64,000 nucleotides of DNA from Octopus sinensis (GCF_006345805.1 NC_043014.1:20336001-20400000); one strand, 5' to 3'. Numbered from the stretch's first letter, positions 42,304-56,224 are shown. Notes: generated by a model not told the origin, from the letters alone. Program-made: numbers and translations.

Positions 42304-43584
42304 AAATGGAAAGATGAATTATCTTGTTACGGATTACTCAAAAGTTTAACCGATACTTGGGTAGCAAAAATCACAGCAGAAAAAACACGGCTGGAGATAT
42401 GACCATATGGTGTTGCGACCGTGCGTTGGCGCGGATAATTGAAGTTTAATATAATTAGTGAATGGAAGAAATGGAGTTGAACGAAGATTGTACAGAATTC
42501 CTTTTATTACATTCTACACATGTTTCAAAGGCCACAATTTTCCAAATTCTGATTAAATAAGGATACCATATTGCAGCTTTCTCTTCAGGAAAAACCAGGA
42601 ATTACGTTGTCAGAACAAAACAAAACAAAGGCGCAGCAAAGCAATTGGAATGGTCGATTTTGTCGGTGGCCCTCTCGTTTGATAGAGGCAGAAGGATATG
42701 TAATCTTTGTAACTCTGAGCTTTTCCACATATTGTTCGCCAGAGGCCGTTTGGTAAACGGGCTTTTACAGACTGCTTTTCGATGTCCCCATTGGCGGCGT
42801 CATACGTTTCTTACTTATAAATGATACCTAAGACAATTAACACCTTGATACCCTATTAAAATGAAAATAATTTTTGGAAATAATTTTTTAAAAATCTCTG
42901 AATAACTCTTGCAAGGGGAAACTACTCCCATTAGGCGATTGGTCGGGTTTTTTTAAGCAAGCGCTGGAATTATATACCCCTCTGATTCTTTGACGAGGAT
43001 AATTTTTAGACAAGCAGGCCACAGACGGACACAGGAACACAAAATTATTTCAGCCGCCTGACAGGATTTTCAGCAGTGCTCATTATCTAGCGCCCCTCGC
43101 CAACATACGGCGGCGCACACATAGGCTAGTATACACACACATGCTTTTAGGTAGGTATTGTCTCGCACCTAAAACATACACCCTAAATTCTTAAAATATT
43201 CAGAACATTAGCTTTGGTCACACAGAACATCTCCACACCCCTTGTTCTCATTAATTCCTCACCTACTAGATTTGACCGCGGCCTGACCTTGATTTATTCC
43301 AACGGACCTTTTGTCGGCCCCCACCAACGTACATTGATTTCAACGTACATTGATAAACATTTTACCCATGGGCTCTTAAGGAGCGTCCTCGTTCGAATTG
43401 CTTTGCTGCGCCTTTGTTTTGTTTTGTTCTGACAACGTAATTCCTGGTTTTTCCTGAAGAGAAAGCTGCAATATGGTATCCTTATTTAATCAGAATTTGG
43501 AAAATTGTGGCCTTTGAAACATGTGTAGAATGTAATAAAAGGAATTCTGTACAATCTTCGTTCAACTCCATTTCTTCCATTCAC

Positions 43585-43616
<32 letters not shown>

Positions 43617-43786
43617 ACAAAAGGGACATTAGCCATTTGAATGTGGCTAGGGACAGGGCAGGGCGGTGGGGGTGTTACTGTTGCATTTAGCCCCAGGCGA
43701 ACATCAACGTCACCAGAAAGGCTTGACACCATCACGGCGTCCTCTATCCTGCAAAGAGAGATCATCCACCGAAGAAGCAGAAGCCA

Positions 43787-43831
43787 CATACGGACCCAGG
43801 TTTCGAGGTGTTTGCCTCTCATCAACGTATG
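43787..43831 (-). ncRNA. Minimal type I hammerhead motif (family 3, U3/G8)
   Basis: CATACG-TTGATGA-GAGG/CAAACA/CCTC-GAAA-CCTGGGT-C-CGTATG; 6-bp stem I, GUC site. Confidence 0.75.
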
Positions 43832-44084
43832 GTAGGCACCGCCCTTCGACGAACGACTCTCTGTGCAGGATATTTATATAAAGATTTTCACGTAAATACA
43901 TTTACTGGTGCAGGATATTTATATAAAGATTTTCACGTAAATACATTTACTGATTTTCGAAATCAGTAAATGTATTTACGTGAAAATCTTTATATAAATA
44001 TCCTGCACCAGTAAATGTATTTACGTGAAAATCTTTATATAAATATCCTGCACAGAGAGTCGTTCGTCGAAGGGCGGTGCCTAC

Positions 44085-44129
44085 CATACGTTGACGAGAG
44101 GCAAACACCTCGAAACCTGGGTCCGTATG
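44085..44129 (+). ncRNA. Minimal type I hammerhead motif (family 3, U3/G8)
   Basis: CATACG-TTGACGA-GAGG/CAAACA/CCTC-GAAA-CCTGGGT-C-CGTATG. Confidence 0.75.
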
Positions 44130-44708
44130 TGGCTTCCGCTTCTTCGTGGATGATCTCCTTTGCAGGATAGAGGACGCCGTGATGGTGTCAAGCCTTTCTG
44201 GTGACGTTGATGTTCGCCTGGGGCTAAATGCAACAGTAACACCCCCACCGCCCTGCCCTGTCCCTAGCCACATTCAAATGGCTAATGTCCCTTTTGTTAT
44301 GGAGCAGTTACTGTCTATATCTCGTTTAGAGAATTATTATTGCTATATATATATAAATACATACATACATATATATATATATAATATATATATATAATAT
44401 AATATATATATATATAATATAATATATATATATATATATAGATATATATATATATATGTATATGTATATGTAATAATATCTATGTTTGTGTCTTTGTGCA
44501 TGTATTTGTCTCTTCATCACCGTTGATGTTTTTACGTCCCTGTAACGTAGCAGTTCCGCAAAATACACGATATAAATAGAACTAGGCTTTAAGAAAATAA
44601 GTCCTGGGGTGGATTTGTTTGACTAAAAGCTTCCAAAGCATGGCCGTACTGAAACAAGTCGTTCTTCCCATCCCCAATATACCTGCATATATGTGTGTCT
44701 TTGTGTAC

Positions 44709-44747
<39 letters not shown>

Positions 44748-45015
44748 AAGAAAGAAAGAAAGAAAGAAACAAACAAACAAAGAAACAAAGAAACAAAGAA
44801 ACAAAGAAACAAAGAAAGAGAGAAAGAAAGAGACTTTGACAGATAGACAATCAGACAGAAGAGGTGCAATATTTTCAAATACATTCATACAATCAGAACC
44901 GCTGATACAACGGCTTTTATAAACATTATTTTGCTTTAATAAATATCTACTCTACTACGTTCCTACTTCGCTTTTCTAGGGGAGAGGATTTTCCACAATT
45001 ACCTTTCTTCTTCAT

Positions 45016-45110
<95 letters not shown>

Positions 45111-46502
45111 CATCATCATCATTATTATTGTTATTATTGCCTTTGTTAATGTTGTCATTTTATTATTACCTTTATGTGCGAGTGTATATATATAAATACA
45201 TACATATATATACACATACAAGTATGTATGTGTGAAGAATTCTAGTGATGTCGTTATTCTGGCTGGCAGCTTACGAAACTAAAAAACTTGTACGAATTAG
45301 CGACATTTACATTAATGTCTTAAACCAAAACATCATGCAAAAATCCAGAAAACCAAATGCAAATAATTACGAGGATATCAACAGCAAATATGAGTTCATA
45401 TTCAGGCAAAAATTTGATAAAGAAATACAACCTGAATCCTACATAATTTGTAAGGATTATAAAGAAAATTTCACTTCTAACTCCAGTTTGAAACTTATTA
45501 AGCCTAATGTGCACGAGCATAAAATGGTCAGTAAATATATTACAAGCAGAATTACAATAAAAGTTGGAAATTGACTCGTGTACGATAGTGGAATAGCAGC
45601 AGAAATGTAGCATTTAAAAGAAAATGCCGTCACTCAGTTTAACATTTAGCACTCTTCTACAAATTCTCCACACAGGGTAATGGGATTTTTAGAAAGATAT
45701 TTTGTATTATAAAAGATACTATTATTGATATTTTAACTCATCAGAAAATCCTTGCAATTTGGCAAGTTAATTGCATGGGTGAAATTTACCAGTGAACCAT
45801 ATACTATCAACATGGGTGGACAAGATGACGCAGAAATTCACACGCTCACGATATAATACACCTAAGATATACTTAGATATTTTCTTAGTCAAGTCAATTC
45901 TCACAGAGGCTGATGAAAACATGCAACAGCCACTACATCAACGAGTACGGTAAGCTTATTGTGAGTGGTGGACGACTAAGCCGATCCTAGTGGGTTTGTT
46001 TCGAAAGGTGTGTGCAAGAGTGCAAGAGCACCCAACAGTACGAAATAGCAGCCTGTCAAATGTGTATGAGCTCCCTGTGTACCAACAACACCCATATCCT
46101 TAGAGAGGTTTGGGCGTCATCATGGTGACTATTGAGAACGATTTAAGTTGAAATGTGATTTATTCGCGCTTATATTCGAAACATTTGTCATAGAATTTTT
46201 CTGTGAAGACGCCACGGCTATCTTAGTTACTCTTACCGAAAACATGCGAGAAACCATCAGAGAAGACTAAAGGTTTCTGCCTTATTTAGGCACAGACACA
46301 GAAATTTTACAGCAAAATGTATGAAAATCTTATGCATGCCAACAAGAATATTATTTCTCAAAGTCTTAGAAACGTAAGCCAGTGAAATTATAATATATGA
46401 TAGACCAGCTAATTACTAACGTTAAACCTCGGAGAATACTGGCTTCAAAGAGATTACTTTTATAGCCATGAATTTGCGTTATCAAGTAGTAGTAGAAACA
46501 AA

Positions 46503-46540
<38 letters not shown>

Positions 46541-46815
46541 CATACATATATATATATATATATATATGCGTGCGTGTGTGTGTCTCAAATCAAATATTGT
46601 GCCCCGTTATGCCTGAAAGTTAGCAGTTAATAAAGCAGAGATCTATAAAATAAATGCCAGATTGAAATATTACTAAGGTCAGTATGATCAATTGAATTTT
46701 TTAATAAAATACTGAATCTTTTGATACCCCATACATCAAAATCGGCAACTCTGTTTTCGAATCAACAAGAAACATACTACACACACGCGTACACACAAAC
46801 TTTATTTTATTATTT

Positions 46816-46898
<83 letters not shown>

Positions 46899-47383
46899 TA
46901 TATACACAAACACACACAACGCGCGCGGCGGACTTCTTACAGTTTCCGTCATCCAAATCCAGAAAGCCTTGGTAATCCCGAGGCTACAGTAGGACACATT
47001 TCGCCAAAGTGCCAAGCAGTAGAAATGAACCCGGAATTATGTGGCTGGGAAGCAAGCTTGTTACCACACAATCACACATCCATTTGTCCATAGTTCTAAA
47101 GATTTCTGTTCTTTTAGTGTTGAAGTTTCAAGCAATTGCCATTTGGATTTCATTTCATTCTCTAACTTTGTGAGAAATTCCAATTTGCAGTAGGCTAAGT
47201 ATTTATTTCGTCCATGGTACCTTAACGTATGTTTGTATGTTTGTATGTGTGTGTGTATGTGTGTGTGCGTGCGCGACGTCTATATACGTATATGCGTATA
47301 TGAGTGTATACGTGTGCCTGTATGCATGCATATATGCGTGTGTAAATGTGTACGTCTATGCATGTGTGTGTATGTGTGTGTAC

Positions 47384-47434
<51 letters not shown>

Positions 47435-47779
47435 CATGTGTGTTTGTGTATGTGTGATATGTGTGTATATATAAGAATATATACATGTGTATATTTATAT
47501 ATGTGTGTATGTGTGTGTGTATGTATGTATAGCGTGAGTGACATGGAGAAATGTATAACTCACTTAAATACGGTCAATTATACTCTATAAAATGTCCTCT
47601 GTGTAAATGTGATCGTGTAATGGATGCATTCCCAGTCTCATCCAGCTGAAAGCCCATAGTTAACAACAGCAAGGACACCACCGTAACGTGTAGTTTCTGT
47701 CTGTGGTAAGGGTTGTGTGTTTCTGTGCAAGTAGAATGAGTACCGTGCCGATCTTGTGTCAGCCACATGGACATGTAAC

Positions 47780-48170
47780 GGAAGAAGAAGAAGAAGAAGA
47801 AGAAGAAGAAAAGAGGAAGAAGTAGAGGGGAAGGGAGGATGAGGGGAGGGGAAGAGAAGGGCATTGGGAGGGGGAGGAGGGGAGGAGGAGAAGGGGAGTG
47901 GAGAAGGGGAGTGGAGAAGGGGGTGGAGGGGTGGAGGGGTGGAGGGGTGGGGTGGAGGGGTGGAGGAGAGTGGCGGCAAGAAGAAGTGGCGGAGAAGAAG
48001 GGAGAGTAAAGGGAAGAGGAGAAAGGAGGTGGAAAAGGAGAAGGAGAAGGAGGGCCGGAGGGGGGCCACAGGGGGGCCCGGAGGAGGGGCAGAGGAGGAA
48101 AACGAGGAAGAGACGGAGGAGGTAGTGAAGGAGGATGAAGAGTAGGTAGAGAAGGGAAAAGGAGGAGGGG
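47780..48170. repeat. Polypurine (GAA/GGA/GGGGTGGA) low-complexity tract
   Basis: Direct inspection; G-runs could form G-quadruplex or triplex DNA. Confidence 0.9.
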
Positions 48171-48884
48171 AAGTGACTTGGTATAATGGCTCAAGTATTC
48201 AATTGCGGTTCAATAATGAAGGTGAGAGTGGTAAGGAGGCGGGGTGGGGGTCATGTTCGCCTTCGTGGCGATGAGATTGGAAAAATTTCAGCCGTTGAAT
48301 TTTTTGAAGTTATAATGTTACGGTATCTAGGTGATGGTACTTGGAGATGGTGGTGGTGGTATGGTGATGGCGGTGGTGGTGATTTGCTCGGACGTAATGG
48401 TGAATAGGTGATGTCACGGTATTTTCTAGCAGTGATGATGATAGTAACGGCATTTTTGAGATTATAGTGAATAGATGAATGTTGTTTTTTTGTTTTTTTC
48501 TGGTGGGTGTATTGGCCGTCATGGTGTGGGCGAATTTGTTATGGTGACGTTGGCCGTCGTAGAGGTAGTAATGGCGACAAAGGCTTTGATAGTGGTTATT
48601 AAGGGCATGGAATGCATTGTTGCTGTCGTTGTTTCAATTACTAGTAGTAATAATAAAGTGGATGGTGGCTTTAATGGTTCTGATATTCAAAGTGTTGATT
48701 TTGCATTCCGGATCTTGACAACTAGTCTGATTTTATGTCATACATATGTGTGCATGTATGAGTGTGTGTGTGTCTGTGTGTTTGTGTGTGTTAAACTGTA
48801 TTTGCATTCCAACACAGCTCTATCATAAACTCAAACCGCAACACGCCCCCCACCCCACCCCCGCTATTCTTAGATATAGAGGTG

Positions 48885-49379
48885 TGACCCCTTTCTGTCA
48901 TGAATGACCATGAGATTGCACCTAGAAAGTTACCCTCAGAGACACAAGTTTGGGCAAGGTTGTTCATGGAAGACTAGCAGTCGCCCACGCATAACAACTT
49001 CCCCTCTCCACGCCACCGATGTTATCTAAAGGAAAGGCAAAGGCCGATACAGCTTGGCACCACTGACGTCGCAGCTCATTTATTAACGTGCAAGTGGTTG
49101 AGCACTCCACAGACAAGTGTACCCTTAACGTAGTTCTCGGGGAGATTCAGCGTGACAAGGCTGGCCCTTTGAAATACAGGTACAACAGAAACAGGAAGAA
49201 ATAGTGAGAGAAATTGTGGTGAAAGAGTACAGCAGGGTTCACCACCACTTTCTGCTGGAGCCTCGTGGAGCTTTAGGTGTTTTCACTCAATAAAAACCCA
49301 CAATACCCGGTCTGGGAATCGAAACCGCGATCCTACGACCGCGAGTCCGCTGCCCCAACCACTGGGCCATTGCGCCTCC
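48885..49379 (-). mobile_element. Fused SINE C head/body (49081-49379) and SINE D tail (48885-49080)
   Basis: Each half matches its own family elsewhere in the window; the junction has no spacer. Confidence 0.8.
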
Positions 49380-52300
49380 ACAGATATAGAGTAGTAACTA
49401 GTAATAACACATAACATAGCGGTTTACAAACAGACAAATTATTACATCTGCATGATCATAATGTATGTCCTTATACATACAAAATATCTTTAGTGAAATC
49501 CCTTCATAGACGAGATTTAAAGTTTTCATTCAATAGACGAGGGCGTGATGTGAGGTACGACGTTTGACCCCAAACCACATTGGCCTGGATTCAGTCCTAT
49601 GGTGTGACAAGTGTCTTGTACTGCAGTACTACAGGCTTGTGAATGGAACTGAAAGATTGATGGAACTGAAGATTCCAGGTTGATGGAACTGAAAGAAACC
49701 CGCCGTATATGTGTGTGCTTCTATTGCGTGTCTTTGTGTTTCTGCCCGCCCCACCTCTCCACTGCTAGACAACTGGTTTTAGTTTCAGTCCCTTTAACTT
49801 AGCATTTCAACAAAAGGAACCGACAAAATGGGTACCAGGATTAAAAAGAAAAAAAACAAGTTCTGGAGTTACTTTATAAAACCTTCAATGCGGTACTCCA
49901 GCATGGCCGCATTCCAAACTTTAAAACAACTAAAAGATAAAAAATAAATTGAATAAGGAAATTTCACACGTAAAACAAATACAACAGTGGATGCCCAATG
50001 TATGTATAGAATAGAACAAAGAGAAACGTAAAACATATTGACACCACAGATACTGCAGTTTACGCTTCATACTGAAAGTAAAACCGAACATGTGTCGGCT
50101 GTGGTGAAAATTATCAATGACGTGGTACATGTCAAGTTCTGAACCTGCATTGGGCGGGAAGTCATCTGCCAACAGGAAGTACCTTGTGACAATTGATTTT
50201 ACTCTCGAATTGGCATGGAATCTCTTGAGACTGAAAAACTTTGCAACCAGGACGAAACCGGTTGCAATCTATTCAAATATCTCTTTTGGGTACCAAACTA
50301 ATTCTGGTGATATATGAATAGTGTGTGTACGTGTGTGTGTATCTGTGTGTGTGGGTGGGTGTGGGTGTAGGTGTGGTGTGTGCGTGCGTGTTTGTGCGTG
50401 TGTTTGTGTGAACGCGAGCTTAGAAATATATACCGAGGCATACTAATACATACATACACACACACACTCACGCAACGAGTCATACAGATATAGGCTCCGT
50501 GTGAGTGATTTCCAGACAGAATCAGAATCGGAATATGAAGCCAAAGATGCCGAACGTACAACATAAAAGATTCAATATTTCTAAAATCAATAATTCCATA
50601 TACAGAATTACACCTTGGCATACACCTTACATTCAAAATATGTGACACAATTTTCCTTGTTGCCATGCTTTCTTTGCTCAGATCACACTGTTCTCTTCTT
50701 TTATCAGAAATGAATATCTTGCAGCATATTATTGTCTTCATTTATGGTCTGAGTTCACAACATCTAATCATGTTCTTTGTCCGCTTTCATCTTTCTTACT
50801 TTATTTTATTTTATTTCATTTTATTTTATTTTTTTCTCTTGCAGATGAAAATGAAATAAGCTACAAGTCAGCAAAGTCATGGCAGTGTGATTAAGACATT
50901 TATTTGGCAACCAAGTTATTGTACTACCAACCAGTACATCCTGTTATTGAAGAAATTTGTTTCCCGACCACAAGGTTCAGAGTTCTGTTATACTGCGTGG
51001 CACCTTGGACAAGTGTTTTCTATTATAGACTTGGGCTGACCAAAGACTTGATTTAGTAGAAAGAAGCCCGTCTCTATATATAAAACTGAAATGCGTTTTT
51101 ACCGCTTGGATCGCTTCAATGTCACTACGTCCCGTCCGATTCGCTCCAAAATTTACAGGGACATGTAGAATGAGGTGACGATGTCCGTGGGCTACCTTAG
51201 AAATCCCTATCTTAAAAGGTGTGGTTGCTAGAGGCCATCTTCCTCACTCACGCTATTTCCTACATTCTCCCCTAACTCCCTTTCATATATATAACTTTGA
51301 CAATTCACTCCCGTTATTTAACGTATGTGTCTTCCTCAACTCACTCTCGCTATTTCCTCTCTTCCAAGAACATTTTCCCTCACTCTATCTCTTAGCTTCC
51401 CATAACTTTCACTTATGTATCTGTCTGCATTCATACAGAGAAACAAATATTCCATCGCCATCGCCACCGCATTCTATTGTCTACCTGTCAACGCGCCCAT
51501 CGACCAAATACAAACAGAACACACCAACGAGCGTTTATATATATGTGTGTGTGTTCTATATATAAATATGTATACATAATGTATATATACAAAGTGTATA
51601 TAACTGTATTTATGTATATTAAACTTTTTCATACTTTTTGATAGTTACGTAAAGGGAACTGGTTGCTTCTTTACACTTTTGGGGTGCAACTTAGGTGCGA
51701 GACAGATAATTTTCTCTGTTAATTACGTAACCAACAGGGGTTTAACAGGGGGAAATTATGCCTAAACATGAGCGCAGCGCATGTGAACATCCGACGTGCT
51801 TTGAGTCGGGAGAAGAATTGAGCTGACGCAGACGTGTTGCAAAACAAGGGATTACACGTGCAGAACAGAGGTGCATGAGTGCAATAGGGCTTGCTAGGCT
51901 GAAATATAGTGTACAGTATTGAATATGCCAGTGATTAATGCAGTAAGGTTGAGGCTGCCAGCCAGTGCTTGAGCTATTATATGCCTCGGTCGTGCAGGAA
52001 CAAAAGTGTGGCATGCTGGCGCGTTGTAAGGGACAACAACTTTCTCTATGTATGCGTGACCGACCAGGGTCTTACAGAGATGAGTTGTGTTTACAAGGGC
52101 ACATTGAGCATGGAAAACAAGCGAGAAAGGCATGTGTGGCGTATGAATGTGACAGATATAGCATTTGTGTGTGTATTAACTATGTGTGTTCGTGTGTGCG
52201 ACAGAAGTACAAACAAGGTGTATGCGGGCAAAACAAAATACAGCGCATAGGAAAAGTCTCTCAGGGTATTTCAGACAAGATGGAGTTAATTTACCAGTTC

Positions 52301-52788
52301 GTAGTAAAGTACATAATAGCAGTTCGTTCTGTAACAGGATGTTCGGATCACAAGTGCAGATGCCGGTTGAACACATGTCGTGTAGCGGTTGTGGCTTCAA
52401 TGCTGTGCCAGGTTACATTAGTACAGAAGATCTCGCAGGTAGTGCTGTGCTGTTAACCTCGGTGAAAATCATAACAGCGTGAAAGCTAAACCTGAATGAG
52501 TGCTATGTACATATTAGTGTTGCTGGAGATGAAGGCGACGGAGATGGAGACGACGTGAAGGTGAAGGACGACGATGGTGATGGCGACGGCAGAGAAAGGC
52601 GACGTTGAGATGAAGGAGTCGGTGGCGTTGCTGGTGTATGTTAGTGTCATCATTGGCTGGAGCAGGAACATGACTGGCTGGTCTGGTCGTCTGTCGCTGG
52701 AACTGGAACATGGTTGAGTAAGCTCTGTGTGGATGAAGACTGCGGCGGATTGATTGGTTCAGACTAGGTAGAAACTAGATTTTAGCTA

Positions 52789-52959
52789 AGTGTTCAATGG
52801 TCTATGACCAGAACTCAGGAAACTTGGTTGAGTGTTCTATGGTCTATGACCAGAACTCGGGAAACTTGGTTGAGTGTTCTATGGTCTATGACCAGAACTC
52901 GGGAAACTTGGTTGAGTGTTCTATGGTCTATGACCAGAACTCGGGAAACTTGCTTGAGT
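52789..52959. repeat. 42-bp minisatellite, about 4 copies
   Basis: Unit AGTGTTCTATGGTCTATGACCAGAACTCGGGAAACTTGGTTG. Confidence 0.95.
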
Positions 52960-53648
52960 CTTCATCTTATAAAATGTGGCACCAGTAGACCCAAATGAAA
53001 TCGGGTTATATTAACCAAAATGTGAAAAGGGGTCTAAATGGGGCTGGAAGGGGATTAAAATTTAAAGGAGCGGGTGTTTAGCAATTCTCTGTTACATCAA
53101 GCTAAAAAATTAGCGCCAGCCTTTTAATCGTCAATGTGTTGCCGTCCATGATGAAGAAGTTTTGAATGCTTGCCATCGTGAGTCTACTGTTGTGAGAAAG
53201 AATCAATTCAAAACTTGGTTTTTAGGGATTTTCTTTTACATCAAGTTCAAAATTTTACGCCAGCCGTTGAACTGTCAATACGTTGCTGTCCGTCGTTAAG
53301 AAATGCCAGCCATGGTGACTCTACTATCCTCAAATTCTATCCCTTCAAACTTTGGTTTCCAATATTTTATTATTTTTATTCAGCTCGCAAGTTCGTATGT
53401 CCCTTTTAAATGTTAGTGTTTTGCAGTCTGCCTTGAAGCAGACCTTTCTGTTGTTACTGCCTGACATTTATGATTGATCTTTCTAAATATTTTATTTCTC
53501 AACTTACTCAAGATCTTTTGTTGTTTATAAATGGGAGAGAGATAGATAAAGATAGAGAGTAAGAGAAAGCGAGGGAGAGTCCGAGAGAAAGGAAGAGTAA
53601 GAGAGTGGGAAAGTGAGAGAGAAAGGAGAGAGAAACAAAGACGGAGAA

Positions 53649-53945
53649 TCATCATCATGATCATCATCATCGTTTAACGTCCGTTGGACAGTTTGACAGG
53701 GGTCTGGGAAGCCAGGAGGCTGCACCAGGCTCCAGTCTGATCTGGCAGTGTTTCTACAGGTGGATGCCCTTCCTAACGCCAACCATTCTGTGAGCGTAGT
53801 GGGTGCTTTTTTCGTGTCGCCGGCACAGGTGCCAGGGGGGCTGGCAGCGTCCGCTATCGGTTGGTGCTTTTTACGTGCCACCAGCACAGAAGCCAGTCAA
53901 GGCGGCGCTGCAATCCGCCACGTTCGGATGGTGCTTTTTACGTGC
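53649..53945 (-). mobile_element. RTE-related short retroposon with (GAT)n tail
   Basis: CATCATCATCGTTTAACGTCCG end, GGATGCCCTTCCTAACGCCAACC motif, three internal GTGCTTTTT(T/A)CGTG repeats. Confidence 0.6.
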
Positions 53946-53981
53946 TGAAAGGAAGCAACAGAAAGTAACAACCACACTCTT

Positions 53982-54013
53982 ACCCGCGCGTAAAGCGGGT
54001 CACCTTCAGCTAG
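53982..54013 (+). mobile_element. Helitron-like 3' terminus
   Basis: ACCCGC-GCGTAAA-GCGGGT hairpin, 9 nt, then CTAG followed by T. Confidence 0.6.
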
Positions 54014-54130
54014 TATATATATACCAGCGACAACTACGAGTTTCCCCTTGTTATTTACATCCATTTTCTTCTACTATATATATATACATAATATATATAT
54101 ACATATATACATATATATATATATATACAT

Positions 54131-54238
<108 letters not shown>

Positions 54239-54840
54239 ATATAACGGAAAGGTGTACGAAAATAAACAAAGATACACAGAAAAAAAAACAAGAGAGAAAA
54301 AAATGCGTGTAGGAGCTAACGATCTATCATATATGTATATGTATTTCTATGTATGTATGTATGTATGTATTTATGTATGTATGTATGTATGTATCTACAT
54401 ACATAGACACATACATGCATACATATCTATATCAATATATACGACGTTCTTCTTTCCGTCATCTAAATCCACTCACAAGGCTCTGCTCGGCCCGAGGCTA
54501 TAGTAGGAGACACTTGCCTAAACCCATAACCATGTGATTAGGAAGCAAGCTTCTGACCCCACAGTTACGTCTGCGCCTGTATATATATATATATATATAT
54601 ATAGATTATATATAAAAGATTTATGTTTAGACATATTTCTACGTCTAAAGGCAAATTTACTTTAGTCTCGTTGAAGAAAACGTATCTCTTATGGTAAAAA
54701 TGTGGAAAAACAATTATATCTGTACAGATTCCCGGATGCGTTTCTTACTCTTTAGTCTTTATCGAATGGCAACTCTGCACTGAATAAATTAGAGCCGTAT
54801 TATTATTTGATTGACCGCGACGCATCCACATCCAGTAGTC

Positions 54841-54882
<42 letters not shown>

Positions 54883-55040
54883 TAAGCAATAAAGGGGTTT
54901 AGCAACGAGTTGCCTTACCACATACCGAATTTAGAAATAGCAGTCAAAGGGTTTAGCTATTTCTTCTACTAAAAAGGGAGATCTCAGTATGGAAAAAAGT
55001 CAAAATAGAAAATGCTAAAATTATTTTATAAAAAACATTT

Positions 55041-55076
55041 CAGTACCGGTTTTAGTCATTGTGACTTTTTCAACTG
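55041..55076 (-). ncRNA. Hammerhead-like motif (family 2, U3-A8, G12 mutated)
   Basis: CAG-TTGAAAA-AGTC/ACAAT/GACT-AAAA-CCGGT-A-CTG; loss of G12 predicts inactivity. Confidence 0.55.
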
Positions 55077-55670
55077 ATTTTCAATTAAACAATTAAATGT
55101 AGAAAAATCAAGAGAAAAGTTTTTTTAAAAGAATATTTGTATAATGTTCAAATACAGGTGGCATTTTCCTTGTTTCTGCCTGCCTCTGTCTCTCTTGTTT
55201 ACTCTTCTGGGTTCGAGGTCGTTGTGAATTCTTGGTAGGGAAGAAGAACATTAGAAGAATAAAAAGAAGAAGGATGAGGATAACACCTACGCAAATTTCA
55301 TAAACAACACATTCAAAAGAAATATTTTTATGAACTGAACAACTGTGGGTCAGCGCAGCTGACAATTCAACATACTACTCTCATGGCACTCCCATATTCT
55401 TCTTCTTCTTCTTCTTCTTCTTCTTCTTCTTCTTCTTCTTCTTCTTCTTCTTCTTTTCTTCTTCTTCTTCTTCCTCTTCTTTTTCTTCTTCTTCTTCTCT
55501 TCTTCTTCTTCCTTACCAAGAATTCAAAACGACCTGGAACCCACAAGAGTAAACAAGAGAGACAGAGATAGGTAGAAACAAGTAAAAATGCTCTTGTATT
55601 TGAAAACTACAAATATTCTTTTAAAAACTTTTCATTTTCATTTTTCTAAATTTAAGTTTTTAATTGAAAA

Positions 55671-55711
55671 CAGTTTGAAAATGTCACAAGGATCGACTGA
55701 AACCGGTACTA
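55671..55711 (+). ncRNA. Degenerate hammerhead-like motif (family 2, U3-A8)
   Basis: CAGT-TTGAAAA-TGTC/ACAAGGATC/GACT-GAAA-CCGGT-A-CTA. Confidence 0.5.
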
Positions 55712-56123
55712 GAAATGTTTTTATAAAACACTTAGCATTTTCTATCTGACTTTTTTCCAATATATCAACTCGTGTCGGGTTCTTTTCATCTTCACTCTTC
55801 TCGCTCTCTCTCTCGCTCTCTCTCTCGAGATCTCTAATATATATAGATGATATATATATATTATATAATATAGATATACGATATAGAATAGACACATATA
55901 TATATATATATATATATACATATACGATAATATATGAGTATAGATATTATATATATATATATATATAGAGATAAATAAGAACATATAGAAAGATACCTAT
56001 AATATACAAAATATAAAGAAAATCTAATGTATTATATATACATGTATAGATGTATATGTGTGTATATATGGTTTATGTATATCTACATATATTATATATA
56101 GATATATTAATATATATATATAT

Positions 56124-56157
<34 letters not shown>

Positions 56158-56224
56158 TGTGTGTTTGGTATGTGTGTGTGTATATATAGCGTGAAACATA
56201 AGAGAAATAAAAACTATTAAAACT

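Larger units (their letters stand above)
43614..44300. repeat. 687-bp near-perfect palindrome of element F, inside (TA)n
   Basis: Arms of about 340 nt meet at ATTTTCGAAAT (43953-43963); both arms carry the same 45-bp tandem duplication. Confidence 0.97.
54881..55760. repeat. Old fold-back of the family 2 element (arms about 54988-55247 and 55503-55760)
   Basis: Diverged but alignable arms of about 260 nt; the left arm continues to the (TA)n at 54880. Confidence 0.85.

Noticed and set aside
51894-52133. VVPYNA peptide suggesting Helitron Rep
   Set aside because: Six-residue match only; flanking Rep motifs not seen.
52789-52959. CRISPR-like regular repeat
   Set aside because: Contiguous units with no unique spacers, eukaryotic context, no cas genes.
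53092-53320. Diverged direct repeat with a period of about 145 nt
   Set aside because: Real, but no ribozyme core, TIR or coding signal; treated as an old local duplication.
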